Assembly: GCA_018669975.1 (NCBI GenBank)
Contig: JABHSK010000007.1
Location: 128,390 to 192,389, forward strand
Direction of reading: 5' to 3'
Length of the DNA stretch: 64,000 nt
From: Candidatus Parcubacteria bacterium
GTDB taxonomy: Bacteria > Patescibacteriota > Patescibacteriia > UBA1558 > GWA2-36-10
Part shown: positions 28,367 to 38,236 of the stretch, one piece after another
How the letters are laid out: each line of letters begins with the position of its first letter
How positions within the stretch are numbered: position 1 is the first letter of the stretch
Notes under the pieces: model-generated
What the model was told of the DNA's origin: nothing
Database searches by the model: none
The model's input: only the letters and a program-made list of their open reading frames with translations
Position numbers and translations under genes: made by a program

Positions 28367-30185
28367 CCCACTCTACTACAGTAAAACCATTTCTTTCAGG
28401 TGTAGTTAGTGTTTGTGGTTTGACTTTGACAAGTGTATCTAAACCCTGATAATCCATAAATACACGTATGATGGTATCAGGTTGTGGGTTAATTTCTAAG
28501 GGGGCCAGTCTATCAAATTTAGCTTGAGGTACAAAAGTGATGAAGTAGTATGGCTTTTCTTTCATTAATGGTTCCCAGTATTCAATGAATTCATTATACT
28601 CCTTGGCTATTAAACCCTGCTGTTCTAATTTACTAATTAGAAAACTTTTTATTTCGTTTTGGGCTACAACAAAACCTTCTTGTGGGCGATCGTAGTCTAA
28701 ACCATGTCCTTCCCAAAATAAATATGGATAGGCAGTTTTGTCATCGTAATTATAAAGAATTCCACTTGGTGTTGCTTTAACGAACCAGCCATTTTTATAG
28801 TCGGGCTCGGTAATTGTTAAACCTTTGTTAGGATGTACTTTTACACTAACATCGGTATCTGTTTCTGGATAAAGATATATAACTGGTTTAGCCATTTCTA
28901 CGGCTTGCATAAAGTCTGCATTTTTCATTACCAATAAATCACCAAAAGGGTCTTGCCAAAATAATAATGGTTTGGCATCCAAAAAGTCTTCAAAGGATAA
29001 CTCTTCTTGGCCCTCTGGCACGTATTGTCTTGCATGCATCATCTCTAGCATGCTTTTTTCACTCCCAGGAGTTTCCTTAATAGATTGGTCGGCTAGTTCA
29101 TAGATAGCGTCTCCACTAGGAGTTTGACCAACTTGTTTTAATTGCGACATGTCGTCTATATAATAAGCATAGTCATAACAACCCTCTCCCCAGCCCATAT
29201 TGTATAATCTTTTATAAGAATACTCATTTGTGTTTTGACTACCGTCAGTCCAAGTAAAATTAAGTATTTCTGGATTAACGTGTATTCTAGTGTTTTCTAC
29301 AGACTCACCTTTAAAGTCTAGATCTAAATAATAGTTAGTTACACTGCCATCATCAGCTGTGCTGAAAAAGCAGTTGTTATATTTATAAATATCACCACCA
29401 TCATAGGTAAAAAGTTTTTCAGGGTTATTATAGGTATTAGCCATTCTAAAGCCTTCCTCGCCAATTTTTTTCAATTGTAAATCAGAGTTTGGTACATTAA
29501 TGTTTACTGGTGTCTCTACATTAGTAATTGTTATTTCATTATTGATACTAGTAAATAATTTTTCATGTGCGCTATGTGGACTGGCATCATCTGAATGTTT
29601 TGTCAGTAGTATGGTGTTGCGATCAGCATCTTTAATTACTCTATATAGGTTGTCGCGAAAAGCTATGCCATCAGGTCTGACCGATACCATGTATAGAGTA
29701 TTATCTTGGTAGGGTCCTTGCTCTACAGTACCAATTTTATAGACTTTTACTCTATCCATGAGAGATTCATAGGTGCCAGAAAAATCTTCTTCAGCCTCCA
29801 AAATAGGTTTAAGTTCAAGGCCGTTAAATACATCATAATGATTTACAATGGTAGGCCATTCGTTCCAACTCATAAATATTTCGCCTTCAGTTAAGTCTAT
29901 ATTAACATCGTCATCTTGATTGTTATCTATTATCTCACCATCTACTGTTGTATTATTATCTAGAATATCATCATCAGTATTAGTAATATTAACTACTGGT
30001 GGTGTGAATGGTGCGGGTTTTGAGTCTTCTTTTTTATTAAACAAAAGGTATAGGGTTAGTGCATTACCAACAACTAGTACTACAACTAGTATACTGAGGA
30101 CAATTTTTAAGCCACCTGATTTTGGTTGAGGTGGTGTTGGATTTTCTGTTGTTGTCTCTTGTTGATTGGCGTAATGTATTCCCAT
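28350..30185 (-). CDS. Hypothetical large surface protein with an N-terminal TM anchor
   Basis: 611 aa. Pro/Thr-rich N-terminus, a single TM, then Asp/Asn-rich and aromatic-rich extracellular region. Confidence 0.5.
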   Translation of the reverse strand: MGIHYANQQETTTENPTPPQPKSGGLKIVLSILVVVLVVGNALTLYLLFNKKEDSKPAPFTPPVVNITNTDDDILDNNTTVDGEIIDNNQDDDVNIDLTEGEIFMSWNEWPTIVNHYDVFNGLELKPILEAEEDFSGTYESLMDRVKVYKIGTVEQGPYQDNTLYMVSVRPDGIAFRDNLYRVIKDADRNTILLTKHSDDASPHSAHEKLFTSINNEITITNVETPVNINVPNSDLQLKKIGEEGFRMANTYNNPEKLFTYDGGDIYKYNNCFFSTADDGSVTNYYLDLDFKGESVENTRIHVNPEILNFTWTDGSQNTNEYSYKRLYNMGWGEGCYDYAYYIDDMSQLKQVGQTPSGDAIYELADQSIKETPGSEKSMLEMMHARQYVPEGQEELSFEDFLDAKPLLFWQDPFGDLLVMKNADFMQAVEMAKPVIYLYPETDTDVSVKVHPNKGLTITEPDYKNGWFVKATPSGILYNYDDKTAYPYLFWEGHGLDYDRPQEGFVVAQNEIKSFLISKLEQQGLIAKEYNEFIEYWEPLMKEKPYYFITFVPQAKFDRLAPLEINPQPDTIIRVFMDYQGLDTLVKVKPQTLTTPERNGFTVVEWGGARR

Positions 30186-30238
30186 GGTAAGAATTTTAAA
30201 AGTTAAAAAACGGATTTACCATCCGTTATTATTTTATA

Positions 30239-31507
30239 TTAAGGTAAATAATTTAAAGCATTAACTGGTATACCATTTACGCGTAACTCGAAATGAAGAT
30301 GTGGGCCAGTAGAAAATGGACCAGCTCCTCGAGTACCTGGCATACCACCACTGTAACCAATAATTTGTCCTTTACTGACAAACTGATCTTCAGATATGCT
30401 GATTCTATTAACATGACCATAAACAGTAGACATTTTATTAGCATGCACTACCATAAGATAGCTATAGCCATATTGTCCACCATCTTTAGCTCGAGCTACG
30501 TAACCAGATTCAGCAGCTCTAATTGGGCTACCTTGCGGGGAAGCTATGTCAATGGCTGTATGTTCAAAAATATAACGGTAAGGATAATCAGGGTCATGGA
30601 AATATGCAGTTACTATACGAGAAGAAATTGGCCACATTATACCATCACTTTCTATGGCCTCTAACTCTAATTGACGATTGAGTTTTTCTCGAGCAACTTT
30701 TTCTAAGTAGACAATATCATTATTGATTTGTTCTTGCTCTTCCCTGACCTGTTGTAATAGTTCTTGAAATTTTGATTCTTGACCAGCAGTAATTGATAAA
30801 AGATTGTATTTGCTTGTTTTTTGACCCTCTAAAGAGCCTACTTTATTATCTAAAACACCCTTGAGGGTATCTAACTCAATTTTTTCATCTTCTAGTGAGT
30901 TTTTGTCGGAATGTAGGGCCATTTTAACTGTATTAAGCTCCTCTACTCCATCAACTAGTGTGTCTTGCATGTCTTCTAGTCTTTCTAGTTCTGCCATAAA
31001 GTCACTGAAACTATCATTGAGAATTAATACTTCTAACAAGCTACTTTTTTGTTGTTCACGATGTAGGGTTCTAATTATTTCAGCAATAATTTCTTTTTCC
31101 TCGTCTATTTCTTTTTCCTTAGCCTGAATTTTTAATTCAGTATTTTCCATTTTTAGATTAAGTGTTTCAACTTCCAGGTTTATCTTTTCAATTTCTAGAT
31201 TAATTTTAGCCATACTTTCATTGAGAGTGCTAACTTGATTGGAAAGACTATTTAACTCTCTTTGTTTGGCTGATATATTTTTTTTGTAAACATCTATTTG
31301 ACGTTTGAGATCTTGAATTTCTGATCTTTTTTCGTTGATATCTTGATTGATTTGCCATCTTTCGACATCGTCTATATTATCCATGGTAAACTCAACTGCC
31401 AAAATATTTCCAGCGTAAAAAAACACACTTAAAAAAGTGAGGCTTATGGCTACAAATATTAGTTTAGGAGATTTTATTTTTGAAAATTTAAGCATGGAAT
31501 TGAGCAT
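30239..31507 (-). CDS. M23 family metallopeptidase with an N-terminal coiled coil (EnvC/NlpD-like murein hydrolase or activator)
   Basis: HTAIDIA...GPHLHFELRVNG M23 motifs; long heptad-rich N-terminal half. Confidence 0.8.
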   Translation of the reverse strand: MLNSMLKFSKIKSPKLIFVAISLTFLSVFFYAGNILAVEFTMDNIDDVERWQINQDINEKRSEIQDLKRQIDVYKKNISAKQRELNSLSNQVSTLNESMAKINLEIEKINLEVETLNLKMENTELKIQAKEKEIDEEKEIIAEIIRTLHREQQKSSLLEVLILNDSFSDFMAELERLEDMQDTLVDGVEELNTVKMALHSDKNSLEDEKIELDTLKGVLDNKVGSLEGQKTSKYNLLSITAGQESKFQELLQQVREEQEQINNDIVYLEKVAREKLNRQLELEAIESDGIMWPISSRIVTAYFHDPDYPYRYIFEHTAIDIASPQGSPIRAAESGYVARAKDGGQYGYSYLMVVHANKMSTVYGHVNRISISEDQFVSKGQIIGYSGGMPGTRGAGPFSTGPHLHFELRVNGIPVNALNYLP

Positions 31508-31557
31508 AATAAGTATATGTTATTATACCATAAAATGTATAATGTGGCAAAATATTT

Positions 31558-32988
31558 TTATTTTAATTTGTTTAAAGCCAGCTTAATTCTATTTAAGCTT
31601 TCTTCTTTACCTAATACTTCTAAAATTTCAGAAGGAGATGGACTTTTTTCTTGTCCAGATAAAGCTACTCGGACTGGCCAAAATATATCGCCAGGTGTAA
31701 GACCATGTTTGCCAGCAATATCTTCCAAGGTTTGATTGAGGTTTTCTAAAGTCCAATCTTTGTCATTTAACTTAGCTAAACTGCCCAAGGATAGGTTTAA
31801 GCCTTGGTCAGTTTTTTCACTGTCACTTTTTTTAAAGACTAACATATCGGCTGTGTATGCGGGTAATTTAAATAGAAAAGCGCTAAGCTCAGATATCTCT
31901 GATAAATGATTGATTCGACTACCAAATAATTTTAAAGCATCTTCAGCTCCATCTTCGTGACCCTGTAGATAGCCCTGGCTTTGTTTGATTAATTGTTGAT
32001 AACGTTCCCCAGCTTCAGAAATTATTCGACGGATATATTCAGCATTAAACCAGTTTAATTTGTTAACATCAAAAACAGCGCCTGCTTTGTTTATTTTTTC
32101 TAGAGAAAATTGTTCAATCAGTTGGTTGATCAAAAATAGTTCTTGATCAGTGCCCGGATTCCAGCCTAGCAGTGCTACATAGTTTAATAATGCTTCAGGT
32201 AAATATCCTTTTTTTATAAAATCTTCTACAGCTACATCACCCTGACGTTTTGATAATTTACTTTTATCAGGATTGAGTAGTAGGGGTAGATGTACAAATT
32301 CTGGCAATGGATAACCAAGAGCTTGGTATAGTAAAATGTGTTTAGGTAATGATGGTAACCACTCCTCACCCCTAATCACATGGGAGATGCCCATGGTGTA
32401 GTCATCAACAATATTGGCTAGATGATAAGTGGGATAGTTGTCTGTTTTTATCAATACAAAATCATCTAAATCCTCTGTTTTTACGGATATTTTTCCATAA
32501 ACAATATCTTTGGCTTGAACTATTTGATCTTTAGGTATTTTGAAACGAACAACGTGTTTATCACCAACAGATTTTAATCTTTGTGCTACCTCGTCTTTAC
32601 TTAAATGTCGGCAATGGCCATCATATTTTGGCACTTGCTTGTTAGCTTGTTGCTCTTGGCGTAATCTGTCTAGTCGCTCACTGCTACAAAAACAAGGATA
32701 AGCTAAGCCTTTACTGATTAGTTTGTTGGCTGCTTTTTCATAAAGAGCCAGTCTGTTTGATTGGTGCTCGATTTTTCCGTCAGGTCTAAGACCGAGGCTT
32801 TCTAGGGTTTCTAATAAAGCATCAGCTGCACCTTCGACTAGTCTTTGTTGGTCGGTATCCTCAATACGCAAAATAAACTCGCCATTATTTTGTTTGGCAA
32901 ACAAATAATTAAATAAAGCTGTGCGTAGGCTGCCGATATGTAGGTAGCCAGTGGGACTGGGAGCAAATCTAGTTCTTATTTTTTTCAT
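31558..32988 (-). CDS. gltX: Glutamyl-tRNA synthetase
   Basis: RFAPSPTGYLHIGSLRTALFNY (HIGH) and KLSKR (KMSKS). Confidence 0.9.
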   Translation of the reverse strand: MKKIRTRFAPSPTGYLHIGSLRTALFNYLFAKQNNGEFILRIEDTDQQRLVEGAADALLETLESLGLRPDGKIEHQSNRLALYEKAANKLISKGLAYPCFCSSERLDRLRQEQQANKQVPKYDGHCRHLSKDEVAQRLKSVGDKHVVRFKIPKDQIVQAKDIVYGKISVKTEDLDDFVLIKTDNYPTYHLANIVDDYTMGISHVIRGEEWLPSLPKHILLYQALGYPLPEFVHLPLLLNPDKSKLSKRQGDVAVEDFIKKGYLPEALLNYVALLGWNPGTDQELFLINQLIEQFSLEKINKAGAVFDVNKLNWFNAEYIRRIISEAGERYQQLIKQSQGYLQGHEDGAEDALKLFGSRINHLSEISELSAFLFKLPAYTADMLVFKKSDSEKTDQGLNLSLGSLAKLNDKDWTLENLNQTLEDIAGKHGLTPGDIFWPVRVALSGQEKSPSPSEILEVLGKEESLNRIKLALNKLK

Positions 32989-32997
32989 ATGTTTGAA

Positions 32998-33747
32998 TTA
33001 TACTCTTTTTTTATAAAGATATCTATCTTTTATTACTAACCAAGGAAATATAAATATAGCTCGGTGGATTCTTTTTAAACGCCAGGGTTGTCTCAAAAAT
33101 CTCCACAACCATTCTAAGCCGAAACTACGCATGACTTTTGGTGCTCTTTTAATGCGTCCAGAAATGAAATCAAAAGTACCGCCCACACCTACACCAATTT
33201 TGACAGATGGTATTTTATGCATATTTTCCCAAATCCAAATATCCTGTTGTGGAGCACCGAAACCAGTTAAAATTATATGTGGTGCAAATATACGAGCCTT
33301 TTCCAAGGCTGATTTTTCATCGGCTACCTGAAAATCAAGTTCCGGGTATTTTTCTTTTATTGATATAAAAAAGTCATTTGGTTTACTTAAACCTTTGCTA
33401 TATAGGCAAAATAGAACTTTGTGATTGGAGTTGATAGCTTGATTTAAAAGTATTTCAGTCAATTGAACACCAGTCATCCTTTGTTCCAATGATATATCGT
33501 GACCTATCAGCTGCATTAGTTTGATAATACCTGAACCATCGATAGTGGATAAGCTAGCTTCATTGATGATGTTTTTGAATTTTTTATTTTTTTGGGCAGA
33601 GACTATAAACTCTGGATTAACTGTAACGATTTGGTGTTGGTTATCTGAATTTAAAAAAGTATGCAGCGTATCTTTTACTACATGCTCGGGCGCAGTTTGG
33701 ATTTTTACTCCTAGAAGTTTATATGTTTTCATAATTCTAAATATCAA
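32998..33747 (-). CDS. WecB/TagA/CpsF family glycosyltransferase (GT26)
   Basis: C-terminal ...GVGVGGTFDFISGRIKRAP...WLWRFLRQPWR. Confidence 0.75.
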   Translation of the reverse strand: MIFRIMKTYKLLGVKIQTAPEHVVKDTLHTFLNSDNQHQIVTVNPEFIVSAQKNKKFKNIINEASLSTIDGSGIIKLMQLIGHDISLEQRMTGVQLTEILLNQAINSNHKVLFCLYSKGLSKPNDFFISIKEKYPELDFQVADEKSALEKARIFAPHIILTGFGAPQQDIWIWENMHKIPSVKIGVGVGGTFDFISGRIKRAPKVMRSFGLEWLWRFLRQPWRLKRIHRAIFIFPWLVIKDRYLYKKRV

Positions 33748-34285
33748 AAGTCTGCAGTACGGTGTATTCGGGTCCTTTTTTGCTTAGGACACTTTCTTGC
33801 AATTCAAAATTAACAACAGTAAATATTTTTTTTATTTTCCAATCACTAAAACTTTTAAATTCTTCAATGGGAGCTGTTGTTTTGATTCTAGCCAAAGTAA
33901 TGTGTGGATTAAATTTTCGTACTTCTTTATGCGCTAATCCAGCATCAAATAAAGCTTGCTCTATTGCATCGTATAATTGTTGTAATTCTGGGCTATCTAC
34001 AAAATCTAATCGTAAAATACGTGGTTTATTAGGATCTACAATAGAGGTTTTATTGATGTGTAATTCAATTGGATCAATGTTTTCTATGGTAGACAGAGCT
34101 TCTATGCATGCAGGGATTTTGTCGATGGGAACATCTCCTAAAAATTTTAGGGTCAGATGTAATATTTCAGGATTAACTGGCCTGAGCATTTCCCAGGGTA
34201 AATTTAATGCTTGAAATTTCTTTTGGATGTCCTTGCTTATTCCAGGATCTAGCGAGACACTTATAAACAATCTTATATTTTCCAT
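33737..34285 (-). CDS. thpR: RNA 2',3'-cyclic phosphodiesterase (2H family, LigT/ThpR)
   Basis: Two H-x-T-x motifs: HLTLKFLG and HITLARI. Confidence 0.75.
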   Translation of the reverse strand: MENIRLFISVSLDPGISKDIQKKFQALNLPWEMLRPVNPEILHLTLKFLGDVPIDKIPACIEALSTIENIDPIELHINKTSIVDPNKPRILRLDFVDSPELQQLYDAIEQALFDAGLAHKEVRKFNPHITLARIKTTAPIEEFKSFSDWKIKKIFTVVNFELQESVLSKKGPEYTVLQTFDI

Positions 34286-34421
34286 GCCTTGATTCTAGCT
34301 TAAATAGGGTGAAAAATCAATATTTTCTAGGGGGATACTTTTCAACAAAATCCAGTGGCGTTAGACCTGTTTTTTTGGTATAATATATAGACCAATAAAA
34401 TTAATTAAAGAATAAATTATT

Positions 34422-35888
34422 ATGAACGGGTCGTTAAAGAAAACAACAGTTATTATTAGTTTGCTTAGTTTAATTTTTCCTAGCCTAAGTCAAGCTGCTG
34501 AAACAAATTATAATTATGTTATTTCTGATCAGGAGTTCAATGACCATACTAGTATGGACAAAAAAGAAATACAGAGTTTTTTATCAGATCAGGGTGGTTA
34601 TTTAGCGACTTATAGTAAATCAGGAAACAATCCGTCCCCTGCTCAATTAGCTTTAAATCCAGATAAAAAATATCCTCAAACTAGAACTGCAGCAGAGATT
34701 ATTTATAATTCAGCTCAAGAAACAAAGATTAATCCTCAGTTTCTATTGACTATGTTGCAAAAAGAAATGAGTCTAATTACATTGACTGATCCAGAGCCAA
34801 ATCGTTTGAAATATGCCATGGGATATGCTTGTCCAGATAGAGGTGGTTGTGATTGGAGTAAGAGTGGTTTTGGGATGCAAGTCAGGGCATCTGCTCAGCA
34901 ATTTAGGTGGGATGTGGATCATATAAATGAATTATCTTGGCGTCCTGGAAAACAAGCTTGTGCAGAAGATCCGAATCCATATTTACCATGTACTTCAAGG
35001 GGCGTAATAGTAACTCCAGAAAATGCCATTACAGCTGCTATGTATCGTTATACACCACATATCGCTGGTAATATGCAGTTTAAAAATATATGGGGAGAAT
35101 TTGGTTTTGGTGGAGTGATTATTGATCCTGAGATTTTGAGTGGTATATTCCCTCATGGCTCTTTAATTAAAGCCAAAGACGGTGATGATTTGGAATCAGT
35201 TTATTTGATTGTCAATGGTAAAAAGAGATTATTTGAATCAGAGGGTGCTCTAGTATCACGTTTTGATCCCAATAAGGTTTTATTGGTTGCTAGCGAGGAA
35301 TTATTAAAGTATGACGATGGTGCACCAATACAACATATCAATTTTTCAGTTTTGCAGACACCGAATGGTGATAAATATTTAATTGATGGTTTGCAAAAGA
35401 GATTAATAACTTCCGATGAAGCTTTCCGACAATTGGGCTTTAATCCAGCTGAGATTGTTGAAGTTAGCGATGATGAACTAGATAGTTTAGATGATGGGGC
35501 TGATTTAGAAGAAGGTAACGCCAGTCCTCTTCAAGAGATAATGCAAGACATGACTATTGGTAGTATCTATTACGTTAAAGATGGTAATAAATGGAGTGTG
35601 ATAGATATGGATATTTTGGAATTAAATCATCCTGGCGTAGCTCCTAAAGAAGTAACTACCAAAACTTTGGAGCAATTTGAATATATGGGAGCTCTAAAGT
35701 TGACGGATGGTACTCTGATTAAAAAGGACTTAGATAAAGATGTGTATGTAGTTTCAGCTGGTGAACGTCGTTTGATACCAGATGGAAACACCTTTGAAAC
35801 TTTGGGATACCAATGGGGAAATGTTGTTACAGTGTCTAAGAAGGTTATGAATTTTCACAAGTTGGGCACACAATTAGAAAGCTTATAA
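34422..35888 (+). CDS. Hypothetical secreted protein (signal peptide ...SLSQA-AE)
   Basis: 488 aa, Sec signal, no recognised domain. An extended -10 promoter (tggtataat) lies upstream at about 34371. Confidence 0.5.
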   Translation: MNGSLKKTTVIISLLSLIFPSLSQAAETNYNYVISDQEFNDHTSMDKKEIQSFLSDQGGYLATYSKSGNNPSPAQLALNPDKKYPQTRTAAEIIYNSAQETKINPQFLLTMLQKEMSLITLTDPEPNRLKYAMGYACPDRGGCDWSKSGFGMQVRASAQQFRWDVDHINELSWRPGKQACAEDPNPYLPCTSRGVIVTPENAITAAMYRYTPHIAGNMQFKNIWGEFGFGGVIIDPEILSGIFPHGSLIKAKDGDDLESVYLIVNGKKRLFESEGALVSRFDPNKVLLVASEELLKYDDGAPIQHINFSVLQTPNGDKYLIDGLQKRLITSDEAFRQLGFNPAEIVEVSDDELDSLDDGADLEEGNASPLQEIMQDMTIGSIYYVKDGNKWSVIDMDILELNHPGVAPKEVTTKTLEQFEYMGALKLTDGTLIKKDLDKDVYVVSAGERRLIPDGNTFETLGYQWGNVVTVSKKVMNFHKLGTQLESL

Positions 35889-35896
35889 TTTAAACT

Positions 35897-36685
35897 ATGA
35901 TATCCTTTGCTTGTTTTGTACCCCATGCTCCGGTTTTGATTCCGGAGGTGGGACAAAAAAATTTGGACAAATTGTCTGATACTATAAAATCATATCAATA
36001 TTTGGAGCATGAAATATATGCAGCTAAACCAGATATAATTTTAGTTATTTCTCCACATGCAGAAAAACGTGAGGGTGCTTTTACTATCAATCAACAACCC
36101 AAGTTAAAATTGGATTTTAAAGATTTTGGTGACTTAGTGACTAACTTAGAGTTTGATAATGAGATTGGTTTTGGTTATCAAGTTAAGGAATCTTGTGAAG
36201 AATACTTTCCGATTATTTTGACTGCCAATGAATTGTTGGATTATGGTAGTGGTGTACCACTTTATTTTTTGGCTAGAAATTTACCAGGTATCAAGGTAAT
36301 TAATATTGGTTTTTCAAACTTAAGCAATGAAGATCATATTAAGTTTGGTGAAATTCTAAAGGAACAAATCAATTTATCTGGAAAACGTGTAGCTGTGGTT
36401 GCTTCTGGTGATTTGTCACACAAACTACACCAGGATTCCCCAGCAGGATACTCTGCTCGAGGGCAGGAATTTGATCAGAGAATGATGGAATTACTCAGGG
36501 ACAGAAAGGTAGAAGAGATAGCTAAATTAGATAAGGAATTGGTTAAAGAGGCAGGAGAGTGTGGTTATCGTTCCCTATTGATATTATTGGGAATTATGAA
36601 GAATATCAATTATATACCAGAAAAACTTAGTTATCAGTCCCCTTTTGGTATAGGTTATTTGGTAGAAAATTTTAAGATTGGCTAA
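35897..36685 (+). CDS. AmmeMemoRadiSam system protein B / Memo1-like (class III extradiol dioxygenase fold)
   Basis: VPHAP...SPHAE...ASGDLSH motif set. Confidence 0.7.
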   Translation: MISFACFVPHAPVLIPEVGQKNLDKLSDTIKSYQYLEHEIYAAKPDIILVISPHAEKREGAFTINQQPKLKLDFKDFGDLVTNLEFDNEIGFGYQVKESCEEYFPIILTANELLDYGSGVPLYFLARNLPGIKVINIGFSNLSNEDHIKFGEILKEQINLSGKRVAVVASGDLSHKLHQDSPAGYSARGQEFDQRMMELLRDRKVEEIAKLDKELVKEAGECGYRSLLILLGIMKNINYIPEKLSYQSPFGIGYLVENFKIG

Positions 36686-36748
36686 TATAGATTATATTTA
36701 TGAAAACCGCCTTTTTAGGTGGTTTTTTTGTTATTTGCGTATTTATTA

Positions 36749-36802
36749 TTGACAATTTATAATATTTATGGTATAGTGCTTGGTTCGATAATTGACTGAA
36801 CC
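36749..36802 (+). promoter_or_regulatory. Consensus promoter TTGACA-N17-TATAGT plus inverted repeat GGTTC-N11-GAACC upstream of 36827
   Basis: attgacaatttataatatttatggtatagt; ggttcgataattgactgaacc. Confidence 0.55.
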
Positions 36803-36826
36803 TTCACACAAAAAAGGAGAAACGAC

Positions 36827-37672
36827 ATGCGTCGTATTTTTTTGCATGATAACCTGGACATCGATGCTGTTGCTAGTGCTTGGGCAGCAGAACGTTTTAT
36901 CCCTGGTTTCAAGGATGCTACCTTTGCTTTTCGTCCGGCTGACTATGATGGCCACGAAATGGATGAGGGTGATATCGCTGTCGATATGACAATTGGTATC
37001 AAGGGTAAGCTTGACGATGATGGCACGCAGCACTCCTCTTTCGCTAGCATCATTGCCCAGTATGCCCCGCTTGAGGATCAGGCTGCTTTGCATCCCCTGG
37101 TCACCTTCATCGATGCGCAGGACAGTTATGGTTCTGCTATCAAGCACATGGTGCCCGATATCGATGATGATGCTCTGAATATTCTTTCCACTGTCACAGT
37201 TAGCTCGGTTCTCCGGGCTTTGCAGAATACCAACCAGAGAAACGATCGCTCCGTGCTTTATAAGATGCTGATGATTTTTGATGGCCTGTTTGGCTGTGGT
37301 AAGGCTCGGCAGGAAGCTGAGAAAGAGGCCGATCAGGCTGAGCTTTTGGCCGATGGTCAGGTAGCTATCGTCGACAATTCTCGGCGTTATGCCACCAACA
37401 GTATTCTTTTCAACCGCGGTGTGCGTGCGATCATCTACATTGATGATTACAATCTGGGAGTTGTTCGTAGCAGCGAAGAAGCTTTCCGGGCTGATGATCC
37501 CCGTATTTGTGCGGTAGTTGAGGCTGCTGGTGAGTTCGATGAGTGGTTTGCCCACTCTGCTGGTTTCCTGTTCTGCCGTGGTAGTCGTAAGTCTCGACAG
37601 ACTTCTCCTTCTCAGGTCAATCCTCGTGATTTGGCCCAGGCTTTGGTAGATGTTGTTTCTACTGCTGCCTAA
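36827..37672 (+). CDS. Hypothetical acidic 281-aa protein, GC-rich cassette. N-terminus weakly resembles DHH phosphoesterase motif I.
   Basis: AAGGAG SD 8 nt before the ATG; terminator follows. FLHDNLDIDAVASAWAA resembles H-x-N-P-D-x-D-A-x-G-S, but no DHH triad is seen. Confidence 0.5.
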   Translation: MRRIFLHDNLDIDAVASAWAAERFIPGFKDATFAFRPADYDGHEMDEGDIAVDMTIGIKGKLDDDGTQHSSFASIIAQYAPLEDQAALHPLVTFIDAQDSYGSAIKHMVPDIDDDALNILSTVTVSSVLRALQNTNQRNDRSVLYKMLMIFDGLFGCGKARQEAEKEADQAELLADGQVAIVDNSRRYATNSILFNRGVRAIIYIDDYNLGVVRSSEEAFRADDPRICAVVEAAGEFDEWFAHSAGFLFCRGSRKSRQTSPSQVNPRDLAQALVDVVSTAA

Positions 37673-37682
37673 AGTAAGTATG

Positions 37683-37711
37683 CCGGGAGCGCGTAGCGTT
37701 CCCGGTTTTTT
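37683..37711 (+). terminator. Terminator of 36827..37672
   Basis: ccggga-gcgcgtagcgt-tcccgg followed by tttttt. Confidence 0.65.
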
Positions 37712-37805
37712 ATTGGCTAATATTGACAAAAATAGTTATTTTGGTTAAATTTATCTATTATTTAGCACCTTAAAATCATCTATTTTCTCTAAAAAGGAGA
37801 CTTTG

Positions 37806-37871
37806 ATGTTTAGCTATATTATCTATGAGTCAGTTACGGATAACTCAAGACTGGAGGGAAGGTCATGTTAA
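37806..37871 (+). CDS. Putative 21-aa leader peptide (MFSYIIYESVTDNSRLEGRSC), translationally coupled to 37865..38185
   Basis: AAAAAGGAG SD 8 nt upstream. Its stop (TGT TAA) overlaps the downstream start in the sequence tcATGTTAA. It carries GGAGGGAAGG, which can serve as the SD for the next gene. Confidence 0.35.
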   Translation: MFSYIIYESVTDNSRLEGRSC

Positions 37872-38185
37872 AAATCGTTAAGCATCACAATGTCAGTGAT
37901 CCCGGTGGTAAAGAAGGACCACACCCGCACTACGGTAAATTTATTTGCACCATCACCGAGGCAGCTGAGCATAATTTGATTGCTCTTTTTATTGAGCAGG
38001 TATGGAATCAGGTTGGTGATGAAACTGTATCTGTTAGTATGAATATAACTGACGATGAAACGATTTTCTGGGTTAATGCCAATACCCCTGAAAAGGTAAT
38101 TCAGGTCATCGACACAGTGACTGATGGCATGATAAAGCCCCGCTTCAAGAACGAAGGTTTTACTGTGGAAGTAGAAGAAAAATAA
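37865..38185 (+). CDS. Hypothetical 106-aa protein, GC-rich cassette
   Basis: ORF coupled to the leader peptide. Terminator acaggg-cttc-ccctgt follows at 38186..38207. Confidence 0.45.
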   Translation: MLKIVKHHNVSDPGGKEGPHPHYGKFICTITEAAEHNLIALFIEQVWNQVGDETVSVSMNITDDETIFWVNANTPEKVIQVIDTVTDGMIKPRFKNEGFTVEVEEK

Positions 38186-38236
38186 AAACAGGGCTTCCCC
38201 TGTTTTATTGAGCCGTTTGGTTTTACCAGCGGCTTT

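Noticed and set aside
12226-33787. Other short overlapping ORFs (12226..12480-, 12865..13074-, 17641..17895-, 20032..20271-, 22813..23013-, 29500..30129+, 30293..31127+, 31517..31735+, 33131..33787+)
   Set aside because: All lie within or antisense to longer homology-supported genes and have no start signals.
36746-37729. 327-aa minus-strand ORF spanning the whole 281-aa plus-strand gene
   Set aside because: It is the antisense shadow of a GC-rich gene. It starts with TTG inside the neighbouring promoter, runs through the plus-strand terminator, has low-complexity Ser/Thr/Ile composition and no SD. The plus-strand ORF has a promoter, SD and terminator.
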